Positions 37,761 to 53,218 of a DNA stretch of 64,000 bases are shown here, in pieces (the first letter of the stretch is position 1; the number at the start of each line of letters is the position of its first letter). The translations under genes were made by a program, and so were the position numbers. The stretch lies in contig NC_043002.1 in assembly GCF_006345805.1 (NCBI RefSeq), forward strand, positions 38,440,001-38,504,000. The letters are read 5' to 3'. This stretch comes from Octopus sinensis. Taxonomy: Eukaryota. The notes beneath the pieces are model-generated. The model worked only from the letters and a program-made list of their open reading frames with translations. It was not told where the DNA came from and made no database searches.

Positions 37761-38770
37761 TTTAACTTTGGATGGGCTGTTGTGAATTCTTTTCCTTTTA
37801 GGCAAACTGTCAAATTTATCCCCGAACGCCTTGTACCTTGGTCCAATTATTCTTTCACCCTAGACGTCTTACCTAATATAGTCTAGAGAAATTTATCCAT
37901 GATTAGACAGCACAGCCCTAACACACAAGAACTCCACAAGCGTTAAAACGTGCATAATACTGAAGTTAATTACACTTGTCTACGCAATATATCTTTCAAT
38001 GCCGAAAGCTACATTACACAAAAACGTACACCTTTTGACCCGTGATCACCACCATCGACTACAACATTAAAAAAACCTCCAGTTACAATACTATGGCATA
38101 TCAGTTGATTATGTCCTCCAGCTTCTGTTAATTTGACTAACTATGGGATTCAACTCAACGCTTATGACTTCAAGCAAAGGTTTAATAGGATATACACTTG
38201 TTCAGCACCAATTCACAGTTACAAGAAAACATCCACCTTCCTCTCCTGGTTTATCTGCAGGTTTCGAGAAATGGAAATAATTTGTTCAATAAAATGTCTG
38301 ACATTACTGACCTGCCTATATCTTCTTCGGAACGTTTGACTTCAATCTTTCTTTGAATAAGAAGTAGTGTTCATTACATCAGCTGGCTGTATCTCTTACT
38401 AAGAGGATTGAACTCTCTTGCTGCAGTCATCATAAAAATAATTTTTATAGATATGGTTTATTTTTATAGAGTTAAATAGACAAAAATGTAGATATCTAAA
38501 TATATTTTAGTGTGCACATGCTTACAAATGCACACAGTCATACACAAGTGTATATATAGGGAGAGACAAAGAGCAAGAATGGAAGTAAAAAAGAAACCAA
38601 AAACGAATGAAATAAAGATAGATATATATATAGAGAGAGAGAGGACAGACAGACAGACACATAGATAGACGGACAGACAAACAGACACATAGATAGACGG
38701 ACAGACAAACAGACACATAGATAGACAGACAGACACATAGACAGACAGACAGACAGACAGACAAACAGGC

Positions 38771-38833
<63 letters not shown>

Positions 38834-38837
38834 CAGG

Positions 38838-38900
<63 letters not shown>

Positions 38901-39239
38901 AGTACCTGCCAAATTTGACGGTTAATGGCAAAGGAATACCTTTGGTTTCTAATAAATGTTACTGCTACTTCATTTAGATAACAAATAATAATAAAAAACT
39001 GCTGATATTTCATCGTAGTTACTGCCTTTCGTTTCTCTCTTCAGAACATAGATTGTGCTGAAAATATTTGTTCCGGTATTATAAGTTTATATATTACATT
39101 CTTTCTAATGACACATTCTGTGGCTGAGGCTGATGCACAGATACGTATATATATACAAACACGTATACATACATACATAAATATACATACATACATACAA
39201 CACGTATACATACATACACATATACATACATACATAAAT

Positions 39240-39307
<68 letters not shown>

Positions 39308-39367
39308 GAACTTTCTTTTTATTACTCATATATGTATGTGTATCTATATCTATTTATCTATCTATCT

Positions 39368-39434
<67 letters not shown>

Positions 39435-39449
39435 TAGATAGATAGATAG

Positions 39450-39525
<76 letters not shown>

Positions 39526-41029
39526 GTGCACGTAGGTACTCCATCTTAAGGTAATACTAGAAGTTAAAAAAATGCATTCGTTTCGTAATGATCCATTCAT
39601 AAAATATGTAACCCTTCATTTTTGCATGTAATTCTATTTTGTGGGGAATCTATTTAAGTATAGCAGGTTCGATAGAGTTTCTTTCAAAGACACATAGTGA
39701 TCAAAGTAACTATAGGGATATACACTCTAGATAATTTCGATGCACACTACTTATCATGAAGCCAGGTATATATTGTCCATCCTCTTCTTTCTCAAATTAT
39801 CATCCCATGTATATTTTATTTCGCTAGCAGAATATACTTTGAACAATGTCAAAATTCTATTCTCAGATCACGAGAGTCAACTATATATTTTCACACTACA
39901 AACAATAATATGCGATTGTTTCAATTTTATTGTGGTTGTTATCCGAAATTATAGTGTGATGTTACAATCGGTAGCTGTGAGAAAAAAGAATATTATGGTG
40001 AGATTCAAGTTTTAGGTTTTAAGTCATGAGTTCAAATCTTGCTGTGGTCAACTTTGAGATTCATCGTTGCAAACTGATAATGCTTAAATAAATGAAGTTA
40101 TGGAATCAATATAAACTGTTGGATCTACCCCAAAATATTCTGGCATTAATATTATGGCAATAATAATATTTATTTTTGTAAGTAGAGAATAACGGAATGG
40201 CAAAATCGTTAGTCAGTAGAACAAGAAAATATAAGCAAGTCTTTTGAGTTCTTTGTTCAATAACCGAAAGCAGTAAAGAAAAATAAGGAAATGTTAACAA
40301 TAGGCAAATGATTGAATAAACTTTATCTTCGGCTTGTATGGTGTTTTTTAAGTGAAGAGGAAAAAGAACGTGGGTTGCATCGATAAAATGCATCATAGTA
40401 CATTCCATGTACTTATCTTTCCTTGGCCATAGGAAGTAAAACAGATGTTGCCAACAACAGCCTTTGTATTCAAAACATGAAGAGCAAGAATTATACTACT
40501 ATTACCCGTCCATCTACCGTATGTGTTATCCCGGCAAAAATGCGATTCCTTATTATTCTTTAATTTAACGAGGGACTGATGAAAATTATTCAAGAACCAA
40601 GTGTGTGCAATTAGGTTTGTTTGCCTGCGTGTTTTTGTTTAAATGTCAAGCTACAAAAAGTCGAAATATTATTTTTTTTTTCGCAATTACATCATATTAT
40701 CCAAGCCATCTGTATCAATAGTCTGACCTTCATATGATGCAGCAAGAAGATCTGCACTTTAATTTCTTTATATTCACTTTCTCTTCCTCTGTATTTTTAT
40801 CCTTTTGCTTTCATTGTTTGTGTTTATGATGTTTGCTTGTTACCTGTGAGAGTTACTACGAGTTTAAGTCCTGGGGTCAAGGACAGGAGATGATACAATA
40901 AAATGTATGCGATTTAGATATTTTTCACTGCGCCTTAGATCGCTTCCATGCGAAATACAGGCACAAACATACAGACATAATTATATAAGCATATACATAC
41001 ATGTGGACGTGCAAATATCATTACACACA

Positions 41030-41530
41030 ACGTACAAACACACACATACATACATATACATACAGACACACACGCACATACATACATACACACATACATA
41101 CATACATACACACGCACATACATACATACATACACACGCACATACATACATACACATACATACATGCATACACACATACATACATACATACATACATACA
41201 TACATACACACACATACATACATACATACACACACATACACACATGCATACATACACACACATACATACACACATACATACACACGCATACATACTTACA
41301 CACATACATACACACATAAAAACATACACACATAAAAACATACACACACATACACACACATACACAAATACATATACAAACATACATACACACACATACA
41401 TACACACACATACACACATACGCACATACATACATACACATACATACATACACACATACATACATACACACATACATACATGTATACATACAGACACACA
41501 CGCACATACATACATACATACATACATACA
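41030..41530 (+). repeat. Compound (CATA)/(CA) microsatellite
   Basis: Directly visible; source of the HT/CV-rich ORFs. Confidence 0.95.
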
Positions 41531-41894
41531 TGTGTGGTGCATCCTTCTATCAATCGGTTTTTATTCCATTCATCCTTAAAACCATCCATATATAAAAGAT
41601 GAATTTCATTTTTGTTGAGGTTTCTTTTAGATAAATTTATAGTTTTAGGGTGTATACGCTCTGTGTTTTATCAAATATTTTTCTTTCAGCCGATCCCATA
41701 ACAACGGAGTTGAAATATTGTGTCTCTGTTCCATGATTCTGGGGTTCTTTTTTCTTCCTTCGTGGGTGAGAGAATATTCCAGTCTCCCTGTTTGCAGTAC
41801 GTCGCTTATAGTCGGTCTCCTATCTATCCTCTTTCATGCTTGTCACACCATTCGGCTCTGTGCGTGTGTCTATGTGTGTGTGTATTTGCGCGCG

Positions 41895-41938
<44 letters not shown>

Positions 41939-42074
41939 AGAGAGAGAGGGGAAAGAGGAGAGAGAAATGAGGAGAGGGCCTTCTATGTGTCAGAATAATG
42001 TAAACAGACAGTTAAAAAGCAAATTTAACGCGTTATTCGCTCAGAAACAAAATCTATGGACGTGCAGTGTATAA

Positions 42075-42136
<62 letters not shown>

Positions 42137-42169
42137 GTATATAAATATGTGTGTGTGTCATATATATAT

Positions 42170-42213
<44 letters not shown>

Positions 42214-42636
42214 ATATAAATATGTGTGTGTGTCATATATATATATATATATAAAATATATATATATATTATATATATATATACATACATACATACATAT
42301 ATAGAGTGAGAGAGGCCCAAAGCGTCTCTTTAGTGGCTATATATGCAAACATGAACACACAAATGCACGCGCTAGCAGACACATATACACACACATACAC
42401 ACATATATATGTTTGTGTGTGTATGTAAATGCTTATATATTTGTGAATTAAGGCTACCATTGGTGCTATGATAAGAAAGGAGGGAAAATACACTAGTGAC
42501 TTAGCAATTTTCAAGTCGATCACATAGAGAAAGATGTTCGCTTCCATTTAGGAAGATAGGGTTAGGGTTAATTTAGAAAAAAAAAATTATACCAACCAAT
42601 GCGGTGTTGCGCACTCGTAAACGTATATATATATAT

Positions 42637-42875
42637 AATTTTCAATTTTAGGAATTTCATTCTTTAATTGCCGGGTTTTTTCGAGTTGTCATAAAGAAAT
42701 ATTTGCGGTGAAGACTCAAGATTATTTAGGTTGGGGTTTTCTGCAGTCTGCTAGGTAATGCTAAACACACACACGCACATACATATACACACATGCACGA
42801 GCATGTATATATATATATATAGATATATATATATATATATATCAATAAATCAATCTGTCAGTCTCTCTCTCTCTG

Positions 42876-42930
<55 letters not shown>

Positions 42931-42993
42931 ACACGCACATACAACTCGAACAAACCCGGCAATTAAAGAATGAAATTCCTAAAATTGAAAATT
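42637..42993. repeat. 53-bp inverted repeat pair (42637-42689 and 42941-42993)
   Basis: 52/53 identical by eye. Confidence 0.9.
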
Positions 42994-43887
42994 GAACAAC
43001 CAAAGAATTTACGAGGGCAGTAACAATTAAATGACTATAACAAAAGAACGAACATACGTACAGAATAAACAGAGAGTATCATATTGAATATCTTTACCTA
43101 TTCTATACCAAATGGCATATAAGTCCTTGGAGCGGTATCAACCGAGTTAAGAAGGAATTGTAACTCTGCTAGAGAAAACAAAAAACGTAATTTGTATGTG
43201 AAACAAAACGGATATTATAACTATGAAATATATAAGAAAAATATATAATGGTGACGTACAAACACACACATACATGCATACACATACACACACGCGCGCG
43301 TTCACACACACATACACATACACATACATATATATTTATACTGTGCATGATATTTATTATGACCCTAAAAACTGTGCATTAAACCTCATCTAAACATTCA
43401 TTATGCATCCTATATTTACTCTTCATTACAAATGTCAACCTGTTCTTAAATCTTAATTAATCTATACAAATAATGTAGAAATTAGATAATTCGATCATAG
43501 CTTAATCTAATTAACTTCATTGTTGATAATTATTTTGTTAGGTACACTGTGGTATTGTCTACCCTTGCAATCACCTTTGCAACAATCTTTTACTCCTCTT
43601 CTTTTGTTGTAAGTTGAGAAACTCTCCTGTATTAGTGCAGCCAAAAGCAAATCCAACTAATACTGCATAAACTCTGAACTGACCCTCTTCAACACAAGAA
43701 CTTAGTTAGAATGATGAGAAATTCTATCTTATCGTACTTTCATTAATTAACCGAAGTGATTCAAACAATGACTAATTCAATACAAATTAATTAAACAATA
43801 TACGCGCGTTAAACTAATCAAAAGATTGAAGTCTCAGCGAAATCTCTATTTCTCTTTCTGCTTTTCATTGTTCACTCTCTCTCACTT

Positions 43888-43889
43888 TA

Positions 43890-43956
<67 letters not shown>

Positions 43957-44357
43957 TATATATACATATATAATATATACATATATATACATATATACAT
44001 ATATATACATATATACATATATATATACATATATACATATATATACATATATATACATATATACATATATACATATATATATATACATATATACATATAT
44101 ACATATATATATATACATATATACATATATATATACATATACATATATACATATATATACCTATATATATATATATATACATATATTACATATATATATA
44201 TACATATATATACATATATACATATATATACATATATATATACATAATACATATATACATATATATATACATATATATATACATATATATATACATATAT
44301 ACATATATACATATATATACATATATACATATAATATATATACATAATATATACATA

Positions 44358-44388
<31 letters not shown>

Positions 44389-44522
44389 ACATACATATAT
44401 ACATACATATATACATATATATATATATACATATATATACATATATATACATATATATATATTATATATATATACATATAATATATATATATACATACAT
44501 ATATATATATATATCTATATAT
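43888..44522 (+). repeat. Compound (TA)/(TACA) microsatellite
   Basis: Directly visible. Confidence 0.97.
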
Positions 44523-44808
44523 GCTATTGTTGTTGCAGTCATGCTGTCTATAAGCAACACGCACATGTTACGTTGCATTTCGGTTTAATCAGCAATTATG
44601 TAATTAATTGATTAACTACACGAGTAATTGATTAATTGGTTTAACAATATTCTTTATCTACACCCTGTATTGATGACGACTTGCCACTGCTATGCTTCAT
44701 ATATTCTGTATACATATCCCAGAATTTAAAAGTTTACTTGCTCCATGTCCTTATATTATATGCGCGCGTCGCGTGAATATGTTTCTAAAGATGGATTTGT
44801 TACAATGC

Positions 44809-44860
<52 letters not shown>

Positions 44861-45251
44861 TACACACACACACACACACACACACATATACGTATATATA
44901 TATATATTACAAAATATAAAGTTATATCTTGAGTGACAACAACGCTCAAGATATACAACGGACTGGAAATAGAAGTGCTCTAATGAGCTGTATACACTTT
45001 TTTTTTATTTATTATCATTATATTTATTTCTCTTATTGTAACACATTTATACTAAATGTTTTAAGCGTAAATTCAAGATGTTATATGCAAAATTTATATT
45101 TTTATATGATATATTCATATATTACTAAATTTATAAATGTTTAAATGTCGGGCTTTTTACATATAAATGAGTCTATGAAAATTTGTATGAGTTTGGTCAT
45201 TCTGTGGATTTTCTGATGTTCCTGTGGTTGTTGCTCGCATTGCCTCCTCTC

Positions 45252-45288
<37 letters not shown>

Positions 45289-45659
45289 AGACTTACGGAC
45301 TGTAGTAGGTAAGCTCCGTACTACGTATGTTTCATAGCGAGCGTAATCTCAGGAGTGGTAAAAATCCAAGCGAGATGTGTACCGCCGGCTACTCTTCAGG
45401 CCAAGCATATCTTGATTAAATTAAAGGTTTCACGGTGATGCATGAATGATTCAGTAAGAATGTATAGAGAGCACAGCATGAGTGGAGTATATAAATGTAG
45501 GGCGAAATAAGTATTAGCAGAAGGGAAAAAGGGGAAAAGAAGTGAAAGGAGTGAGAGGTAGGAGGAATTAAGCAAGGTCAAATGTAAATGTCAATTGACT
45601 TGTACTAAACAATGGAAGTGTTTTGGCTAAATAGCAGAATTTAGTTAGGTATTTGAAAA

Positions 45660-47045
45660 GTCCAGAGAGCAGAAGATGCCATTATATATGGCCTTCATTG
45701 ACCTGACAAAGGCTTTTGACTTGGTAAGTAGAAAAGGCCTCTTCATCCTGCTCCAAAAAACGGATGTCCATCAAAGCTGCTGAGGATGATCAAATATTTC
45801 CATGATGATGTGCAAGGCACCATACAGCACAATGGTTCAACATCAACCGCCTTCCAAATAAAAAACGGGGTAAAGCAAGGTTGTGCCTTTGTTCCTACAT
45901 TATTTGGCATCTTCTCGCTACTGCAGTCACATGCCTTTCAGACATCAGATGATGGAGTGTTTCTGCACAGTAGAAGTGACGGGAAACTGTTCAATCTCTC
46001 GCGTCTGCGTGTCAAGACCAAAATCAGAAGCGTCCTGGTCAAGGAGGTGCTATTTGCTAATGATGTCGCTCTGGTATCACATACAGAAGAAGCCCTACAA
46101 CGGTTCATCAACTGTTTTGAGCAAGCATGTAGTGACTTTGGCTTAGTTATCAGCCTCAAGAAGACCAACATCATGGGTCAGGCTACATCGGACATCCCAA
46201 ACATACATACTGGAGACCATAGACTACAAGAGATGGAGAGGTTTACCTATCTTAGCTCTACCGTCACCTACAACCTATCCCTTGATGCTGAGCTCAATAG
46301 ACGCATTGGCAAGGCAGCTGCTGTGATGGCCCAACTATCCAAACGGGCATGGAACAACAATAAGCTGACCAAAACCCAAAAATGAAGATTTACCAGGCAT
46401 GTGTACTTAGCACTCTACTGTATGGAAGTGAGACTTGGACGCCATACATGCGCCATACGACGCCATACGTCGCCTAAATATTTTCACCTGCGCTGCCTCC
46501 AGAAAATCCTTCGCATCAAATAGCAGAATCATATCCACAACAAAGATGTCCTCAAGCAAGCAGGAATACCAAGCATGTTTGCACACCTCACACAAAGGCG
46601 TGTGGGATGGCTTGGACATGTTAGCCGTATGGAAGATGGCAGAATTCCCAAGGACATACTCTTCGGAGAGCTTGCTAGGGGCACTAGGTCTGTGAGAAGA
46701 CCGTTCTTACGATACAAGGATGTTTGCAACATCAATATTACCAACTGGGAAGCAGTTGCCAGCAACCGTGGAGATTGGCGACGTACCGTAAAAGAGGGAA
46801 CACAAAGAGTGACATAGAGAGGAGAAATGGAAAGACAAGAAAAGACGTCAACAAGAAAGTATGACATTACAACCAGCCAGGTAAAGTCTTCGCTACATTT
46901 GCGGCACCTGCCGGAGGAAGTGTTTGTCCAGGATAGAACTACACAGCCACAGCAGGAGATGTATTAGGACATGAAATGTAAAAGCCGGACTAGATTATTT
47001 TATGCGCAACTCCATTGTCTCCCGAGACAAAAAGGATGCTAGCAA
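45660..47045 (+). mobile_element. 5'-truncated RTE-clade LINE (RT C-terminal half to 3' end), frameshifted
   Basis: AFIDLTKAFDLVSRKG, GVKQGC..PTLF, LFANDVAL (FADD), LYGSETW, RRVGWLGHVSRMEDGRIPKDILFGEL, terminal C2H2 remnant and short CAA tail. Confidence 0.92.
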
Positions 47046-47392
47046 CAATATATATATGGATTTCGTAGACAAGAACTGAAACAAATCAATCGTATGTATA
47101 TGTATGTATATATATACAAATGTATGTGTGTGTCTTTGTCTCTGTGTTTTGTCCTCATCATTGCTTCACAACTGCTGTTCATTTATTTACATCCACTTAA
47201 CTTACTGGTTTCACAAGAACAAACTAATACAATAAGTACCAGGCTTATCAACATAAAAAAAGCACTAGGATGTGTCTAATTTTTTTTTTTGCCCAATCAT
47301 TTGTATCTATCAATTTATCTTTGTATGTGTGTGTATATATCTATATCTATCTATCTACACACACACACAACACACACACACACACACACACA

Positions 47393-47439
<47 letters not shown>

Positions 47440-47449
<10 letters not shown>

Positions 47450-48728
47450 TAATGGGAGCCTTAACTCCCAAATTTTAGTCATTTCTTTTTATCCAAAACT
47501 AGGTCAAAAGTACTGAATGGATCTCTATGAAATTTGGAAATTATATTCTATGCATAAGGGCCATAACCCCCATGACAATTCAAATATATTTGCTGTTGAG
47601 GAAATTTTAACCATAGATATTAGACACAAATTAAGTAATATTTATAAAATTTCATCTTCTTACAAGTTATAAAGACCCCAACATGGGGACTTAACTCCCA
47701 CAATTTTATCATTTTATCTAAGCAAAAACGAATACAGTTGTGCTCTTGGAAGTTGTAGGGTTACCCGAGCATAAAAGTTGAGCATTATTTGTAATTCAAT
47801 GGTAAGAATTTGCTTTGGCATACACTTACATTGTGATTTCTGCAATGTGCTGCATAAATTGTCAAGTAAATGAGAGGCATCTTTGCCTCCACTGATTCAG
47901 TTGCAAAGTGTTGAGTAAAGTTATTTGATTGCAGACCTCCTTTCAGTCTTTATATTACCACTCGGTCACGCAGTCCCCAGATGGTAACATTAATTTCAAG
48001 GCCTTCCCAGATGAGTGACGGGTTATTCAAAGGCATTTATAGATTGTAATTTTATTCTGTCCAGTTACATATCAGTATAGTGGTCATTTGCAAACTCCAA
48101 CTTTCATTTCTCCTTAGCCCTCATGTCACACAGTTGTTAATGTTTATTTCAGTTGGGTCACGCCCTTCCAATTGCCATAGATTCGTAATGCATCTTACGG
48201 CTGTGCCTGTCACCTGGATGGTGAGGAATCCTACATTGGGAGTGGTAACGACTAAGGTAGGGTTACTGACTGCTTATTGTGATCATTCGTCTTTTGGTTT
48301 CCTGTAGCTTTGCTCTCTGTTACAAACCCAGTGAACGTATATTTCTTATTCAAACAATAGATATAAGACCCAAGTAAAAAAGATTCTCAACAATTCAACT
48401 TCTCTGGTTGACATTAAGATGCCCACCCCCAACAGGGGCCTTAACTCTCACATTTTAGAGCTCTATGACCTTCATTTTCTAGGAGCAAAATCTTTTTAAC
48501 AGGTTCAGTGAGACTGGAATTTTGGAATATGCGCATAAAAATCAGTAGTAAGGGATATATGTGGCACGATTACAATTTTTTTAGGGTGTGTATAGAGGGA
48601 AATAACTCACATCTGCAATTTTGATGAAATTCGAAACATAGATATTCCAGTTTATTAGAGAAAATATAACAGAAAAGTCTAATTCTTCAATTGTATGTAA
48701 CACGGGCAACGCCGGGTATCTCTGCTAG
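47440..48728 (+). mobile_element. Probable non-autonomous Helitron
   Basis: 3' end ACACGGGCAACGCCGGGT imperfect hairpin, then CTAG|T at 48725-48729; 5' side emerges from (TA)n; internal GGGxCTTAACTCxCA motif repeated. Confidence 0.6.
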
Positions 48729-48999
48729 TAGAATTATAAAATAGTCCACAAATAGCACTATGCACCAATGTTCACATACATTATCTTGGAGTAATTAAGA
48801 GATTAGCATGCTAATTTAACAATATCAAAAGTATGAACAAATTTTAATGAACATCAGTGCTAACTTGATAACAACTAAACAAAAATTAACAATAAAAATA
48901 AAAACGATTTATAACTGAAGAATTTTACGCCAAAAAAACTCCACTTCTAGGTCTTTGAAAAATTATATTTCAGTTTTGAAAAAAATCATTAATCAGAAT

Positions 49000-50400
49000 T
49001 AGAGCTTGTTTATACCACTACTACTTTGATGTTGTTGTTAGGCACATCTACTTTCAGTCCTTTTTTCTCAAGTTCAAAATTGTTTAAAATTTATTTTACA
49101 TTAAAATAGGTTGTTCCAAAATGCAGCAGTTTCCTTTTTGTAACTTCCAGATATACCTTAGGAATACTTTTGCCCATTTTGACAACAAAAATGATGTCAA
49201 AAAAATCTGCCTTGCACTAAAATTCCGATCATTCTTCACAGTTGGAGTGAAGTTCAAAAAGTTTCTTTGCCAATCCTTCAGACGCTTCACGCATATCTGT
49301 AATCCCTTTACAGTTAAAGAGATTCGCAATTCAACTGATACTGTGTGAATAAAGTTTGGAAAAGTAATTAGACAACCGCTGAGTTTGATAAAATACCCTG
49401 TTGATTAATATGTCTACTGCTCGTTTCCTCAGAATCATTTTTAGAAAGGCAGTTATCTTGTTTTCATGCACTTTCTGGTTCTAGTACAGAAATTTTAATC
49501 CAAGTGCAGAAGTGCTTTATCTTGCCATTATTGCATTTCTTTATTCCTTTTCAGTTGCTCATTCTATACTTAAAGATGTCAGCTTAATATGAATATTATG
49601 CCCTCTAAAGAAATAATTTTAAAGGACATTTTGGGATCTACAATAAAAAAGGTTTTTATAGGATGTGAAAGCTGAAACTCTACTGAGAATATTCCTTCAT
49701 AAAAACCATCTCACGTCAGAATGGTAAAATATGACATTTCAGCATTATTATCCTCATTCTCATATGAGTAAGTCACAAAACTATCGCGTGCTTTGCGTCA
49801 TATCATTTATGACGGCCTCCTGCTACAGCTTCACAATCAATGATTTACTATAGATCAGGCAAAGAATAATTTCACTTTTACAGTTGAATTTGTTTTTCTC
49901 AAAGCCACAAACCTAGTGACGGTATTATGCTGTGTATGGAACTCCACTAATAAGTACAGGAACATTGTACACCTCCAATCTTGGGGGTATAAAATATGAA
50001 TCAAGTGTGTCACAGCCATAATTTTTCTAAAATCTCAGCTCAAGTGGAGAACAAATCAAATTGCTTTCCTTCTTTTGCTTCAAAAGCTCTTTACGTTGCA
50101 GGCGTCAATAGTATTGAATTACTGCTGACATATGTAGTCTCGGCAATTTCATCACAAAATTTGCACGATCTTTGAGTGAAGAAACTATTGGTTCCCTCAC
50201 ACTTTCTGCTGGCAGAAATTTATTCTTTCCAAATTGGTGCAGACAAAGACACAGAACTAACTGCATAGTTTCTTTCTCACCTGACATGATTTACTTAATA
50301 TTTCTACCCCGCTACAGTTTTAACCCATTCACTAATGGCACCCGACTTTTGGTTTCGAGTAATCTATCATGGCAATTCAAAGTGAAACTTTAATACTGAA
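49000..50400 (-). mobile_element. Decayed hAT (Charlie/ZBED5-like) transposase
   Basis: KRKLLHFGTTY parallels LLPFSTTYLCE; KNKFLPAESVRE parallels E.LILPAA.EMV. Confidence 0.45.
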
Positions 50401-51180
50401 CGTTGCGAAAATACAGCTTTCTTATTTCATTATGAGCCTTTTTTCAGTCTTTCACAAGTTTTCCAATATTCTCAAAGTATATGGATGTTTTGGAAGACGT
50501 ATGTAACTCTAAATTGTGGAAATGAAAATTTAAAAAGAAGTTTATGAAGTCAATGCTCTAAGACAAGTGAAACAATAAATTCATTTATCTTTTGTCATCT
50601 ATTAATGCCAAGCCATAATTGATGTTGTGAAATTATTCCTTTTTATTTCATTTTCCTTACTGATGTCATCACTTTTGAACAATGAACGTAAAATAATAGA
50701 ACCATAAAAATATTTATGATCGCTATACTTGAAATCGCTAGTCTACGAAAGATGTCTTCAAGTGGATACAGTATTGTATTAAGTATAACATTGATTGCAT
50801 TTAAATGTATAACAAAATGTATTAATTAACTTACAGTTATAATTCATGAAAATATAATAGAAAAAGAAAAGAAATGTTTATATTACAACTCAGTACAAGT
50901 ATATTCATATGAGAAACATATATTACATGATATTTATGATCTAATTGAAATACAAAAAGTAAAAATAACTTTCTATATTTTGTCTTAATTGCTCTCAGTG
51001 ACGATACTTTTCATTAAAATACGTCGAGTCAAACGAAGTAATTGATACAATTGCCAGTGTAGACAAGCTGGAGATATGTAAGATATATATATTTTAATGT
51101 ATTTCATTACTACCATAAGAAAATCTGATTCATTTCAGCTCTTCATTCTCCTTCTTATATTTTTCTCTAATATATATATA

Positions 51181-51256
<76 letters not shown>

Positions 51257-52329
51257 TTTGTGCGTGCGATATGGCGGAATGATGTGTCTGTGTTATTTCT
51301 ACGAAATTGTGAACACTTTCTTTTACACATTGTTAACACCAAATTTACTTGATATAGAAAGAATGAAAATGGTACTTTTTGAGTCTGTCATTCCTTTTCA
51401 TCGTAGAAAAGACTTACAAATTCCATAATCCATTTTTTCCTGAGCAAAAATATAACTCGTACTTCGTTTCTTACTTCCAGAATCGTTTAAAGAATTTGGT
51501 TACGAGTTGAATTTCTCTATGAAGCAGAACATTGTTTTAAAGTTGTTTACTCATTTAGTGGAAAGTATTTCAATTAAAATTACACCAGTTCCTTGTAATT
51601 TATTGCTTAAAACTAAATAATGAAAAATATTCAATTTCCAAGTCCAAGTGTATTTAAAACAATAATAAAAAATATTATTCACAGTTAAATATCAAAATAC
51701 GTAAACATATTCTAATATTTAGTTGTGAAATATATATTGAAAAAAATAATTGTTACTACCGAGAACAGTAAAATTTAACGATATATTTTGAATATTTAAA
51801 AAATTTTGAAAATGTATATGCAAATATAGGCTGTATAAAATAAGCAAGTTCATTGAATTAATTAAACAATTGATTAGAATGCTTATCAAAATTTGAAGTA
51901 ATTGAATATCACGTCGAATGCATTCTTTGCTCACTGAGAATTGCTTCATGTGATTTTACTTTACGCATTCTCAAGTGAATACGCACTGAAAGCATCTTAA
52001 ATAAAATATTTAAGAAATAGAATACGCTTATTGTGCGACTTTCATTTAAAATAAAATATTCATTCAATTAATAATCTGTTGATTCTCGGATTCCAAATAT
52101 TTTGGAAGATTCAAAATATTAAAATCTCTTTTTTGTATATGTTAGTATATGTCATGATGGCGCTTATATCTTATTTGTTATATGTGTGACTTAAAACAAC
52201 TATACACTAATAGCTTGAATACACCAAAAATGTTAGAATCGAAGATTTAACACTTCATTCTGCATGCAAATTATATAGAATATAATGATGCTCTTGTGAC
52301 AATGAACTTCAACAGAATCATGAAAAAAT

Positions 52330-52800
52330 ATATGGAAAGGAAAAGTATCATTCGTCCTTGTGATTAAATTCTTGTAAGTTTCTGAACATGCTGCATGCAT
52401 TACACCCAACAGTTTAAAATATACGCCATTTGGGATAATGTCTGCTGGAACGCTTTGCTGCCACAGTGTTTTAATTCTTGATGTGTAGCCTCCTTTTCAT
52501 CAATGACCTACGACTAAATCGTTCTCACCATGATCATCTTGTTATATTTTCCTTCAAAGAAGGTTTTTATAACAACAGATTAATTAATAAGACCTCTCGT
52601 ACTTTAAAAAAAGAAGCTTGTTTGTGATTTATGAACGAGTTGCTGCACTTTCTAGTAGGTTCTAAAAGTGTCTACGTATAGTTTCTCACTGTCACACTGA
52701 TTACTAACCGTGTTTACTGTTTTATTTGAAAGCAGGATAGTGCTGCACCATTTCTCTATTCCATTGCTTCATAGCTTCAGTGATTTACTGGTTTACTGAG
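52330..52800 (-). mobile_element. Possible piggyBac transposase remnant
   Basis: YTSRIKNTVAAKRSSRHYPKWRIF weakly resembles the piggyBac YS..R.T.RWP..F block. Confidence 0.2.
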
Positions 52801-53171
52801 CTACAAGTTGGTGTCAGCTACTAATCAAAGAGAAATATATTCACGTAGAACAGCAGCTGTTGCAGCAAATAAAAGTATTCAATATTATTGTTGCTTTTAG
52901 CGTGAACATCCGTCACTGTTACAAATTTCGCTCTCATTGAGAATATCATTTGTGGTTTTATTATGTGCGTCGGTGGATCTGTAACTGATTTACTTCTTTC
53001 TGTTAGAGAAATGTATACAAGAATTGTAATCATAGATACATATTTACATACATACGTCGATTCATATTAATATATGAATACACAAGCACACACACACGTA
53101 TACATACATATAAATATATATTTATATACACATACATTGATATAACTGTGTATATCAGTATACACACACAC

Positions 53172-53218
<47 letters not shown>

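Noticed and set aside
40410-40490. Minus-strand YNSCSSCFEYKGCCWQH resembling a somatomedin-B cysteine pattern
   Set aside because: Incomplete cysteine spacing, several stops immediately upstream and no splice context.
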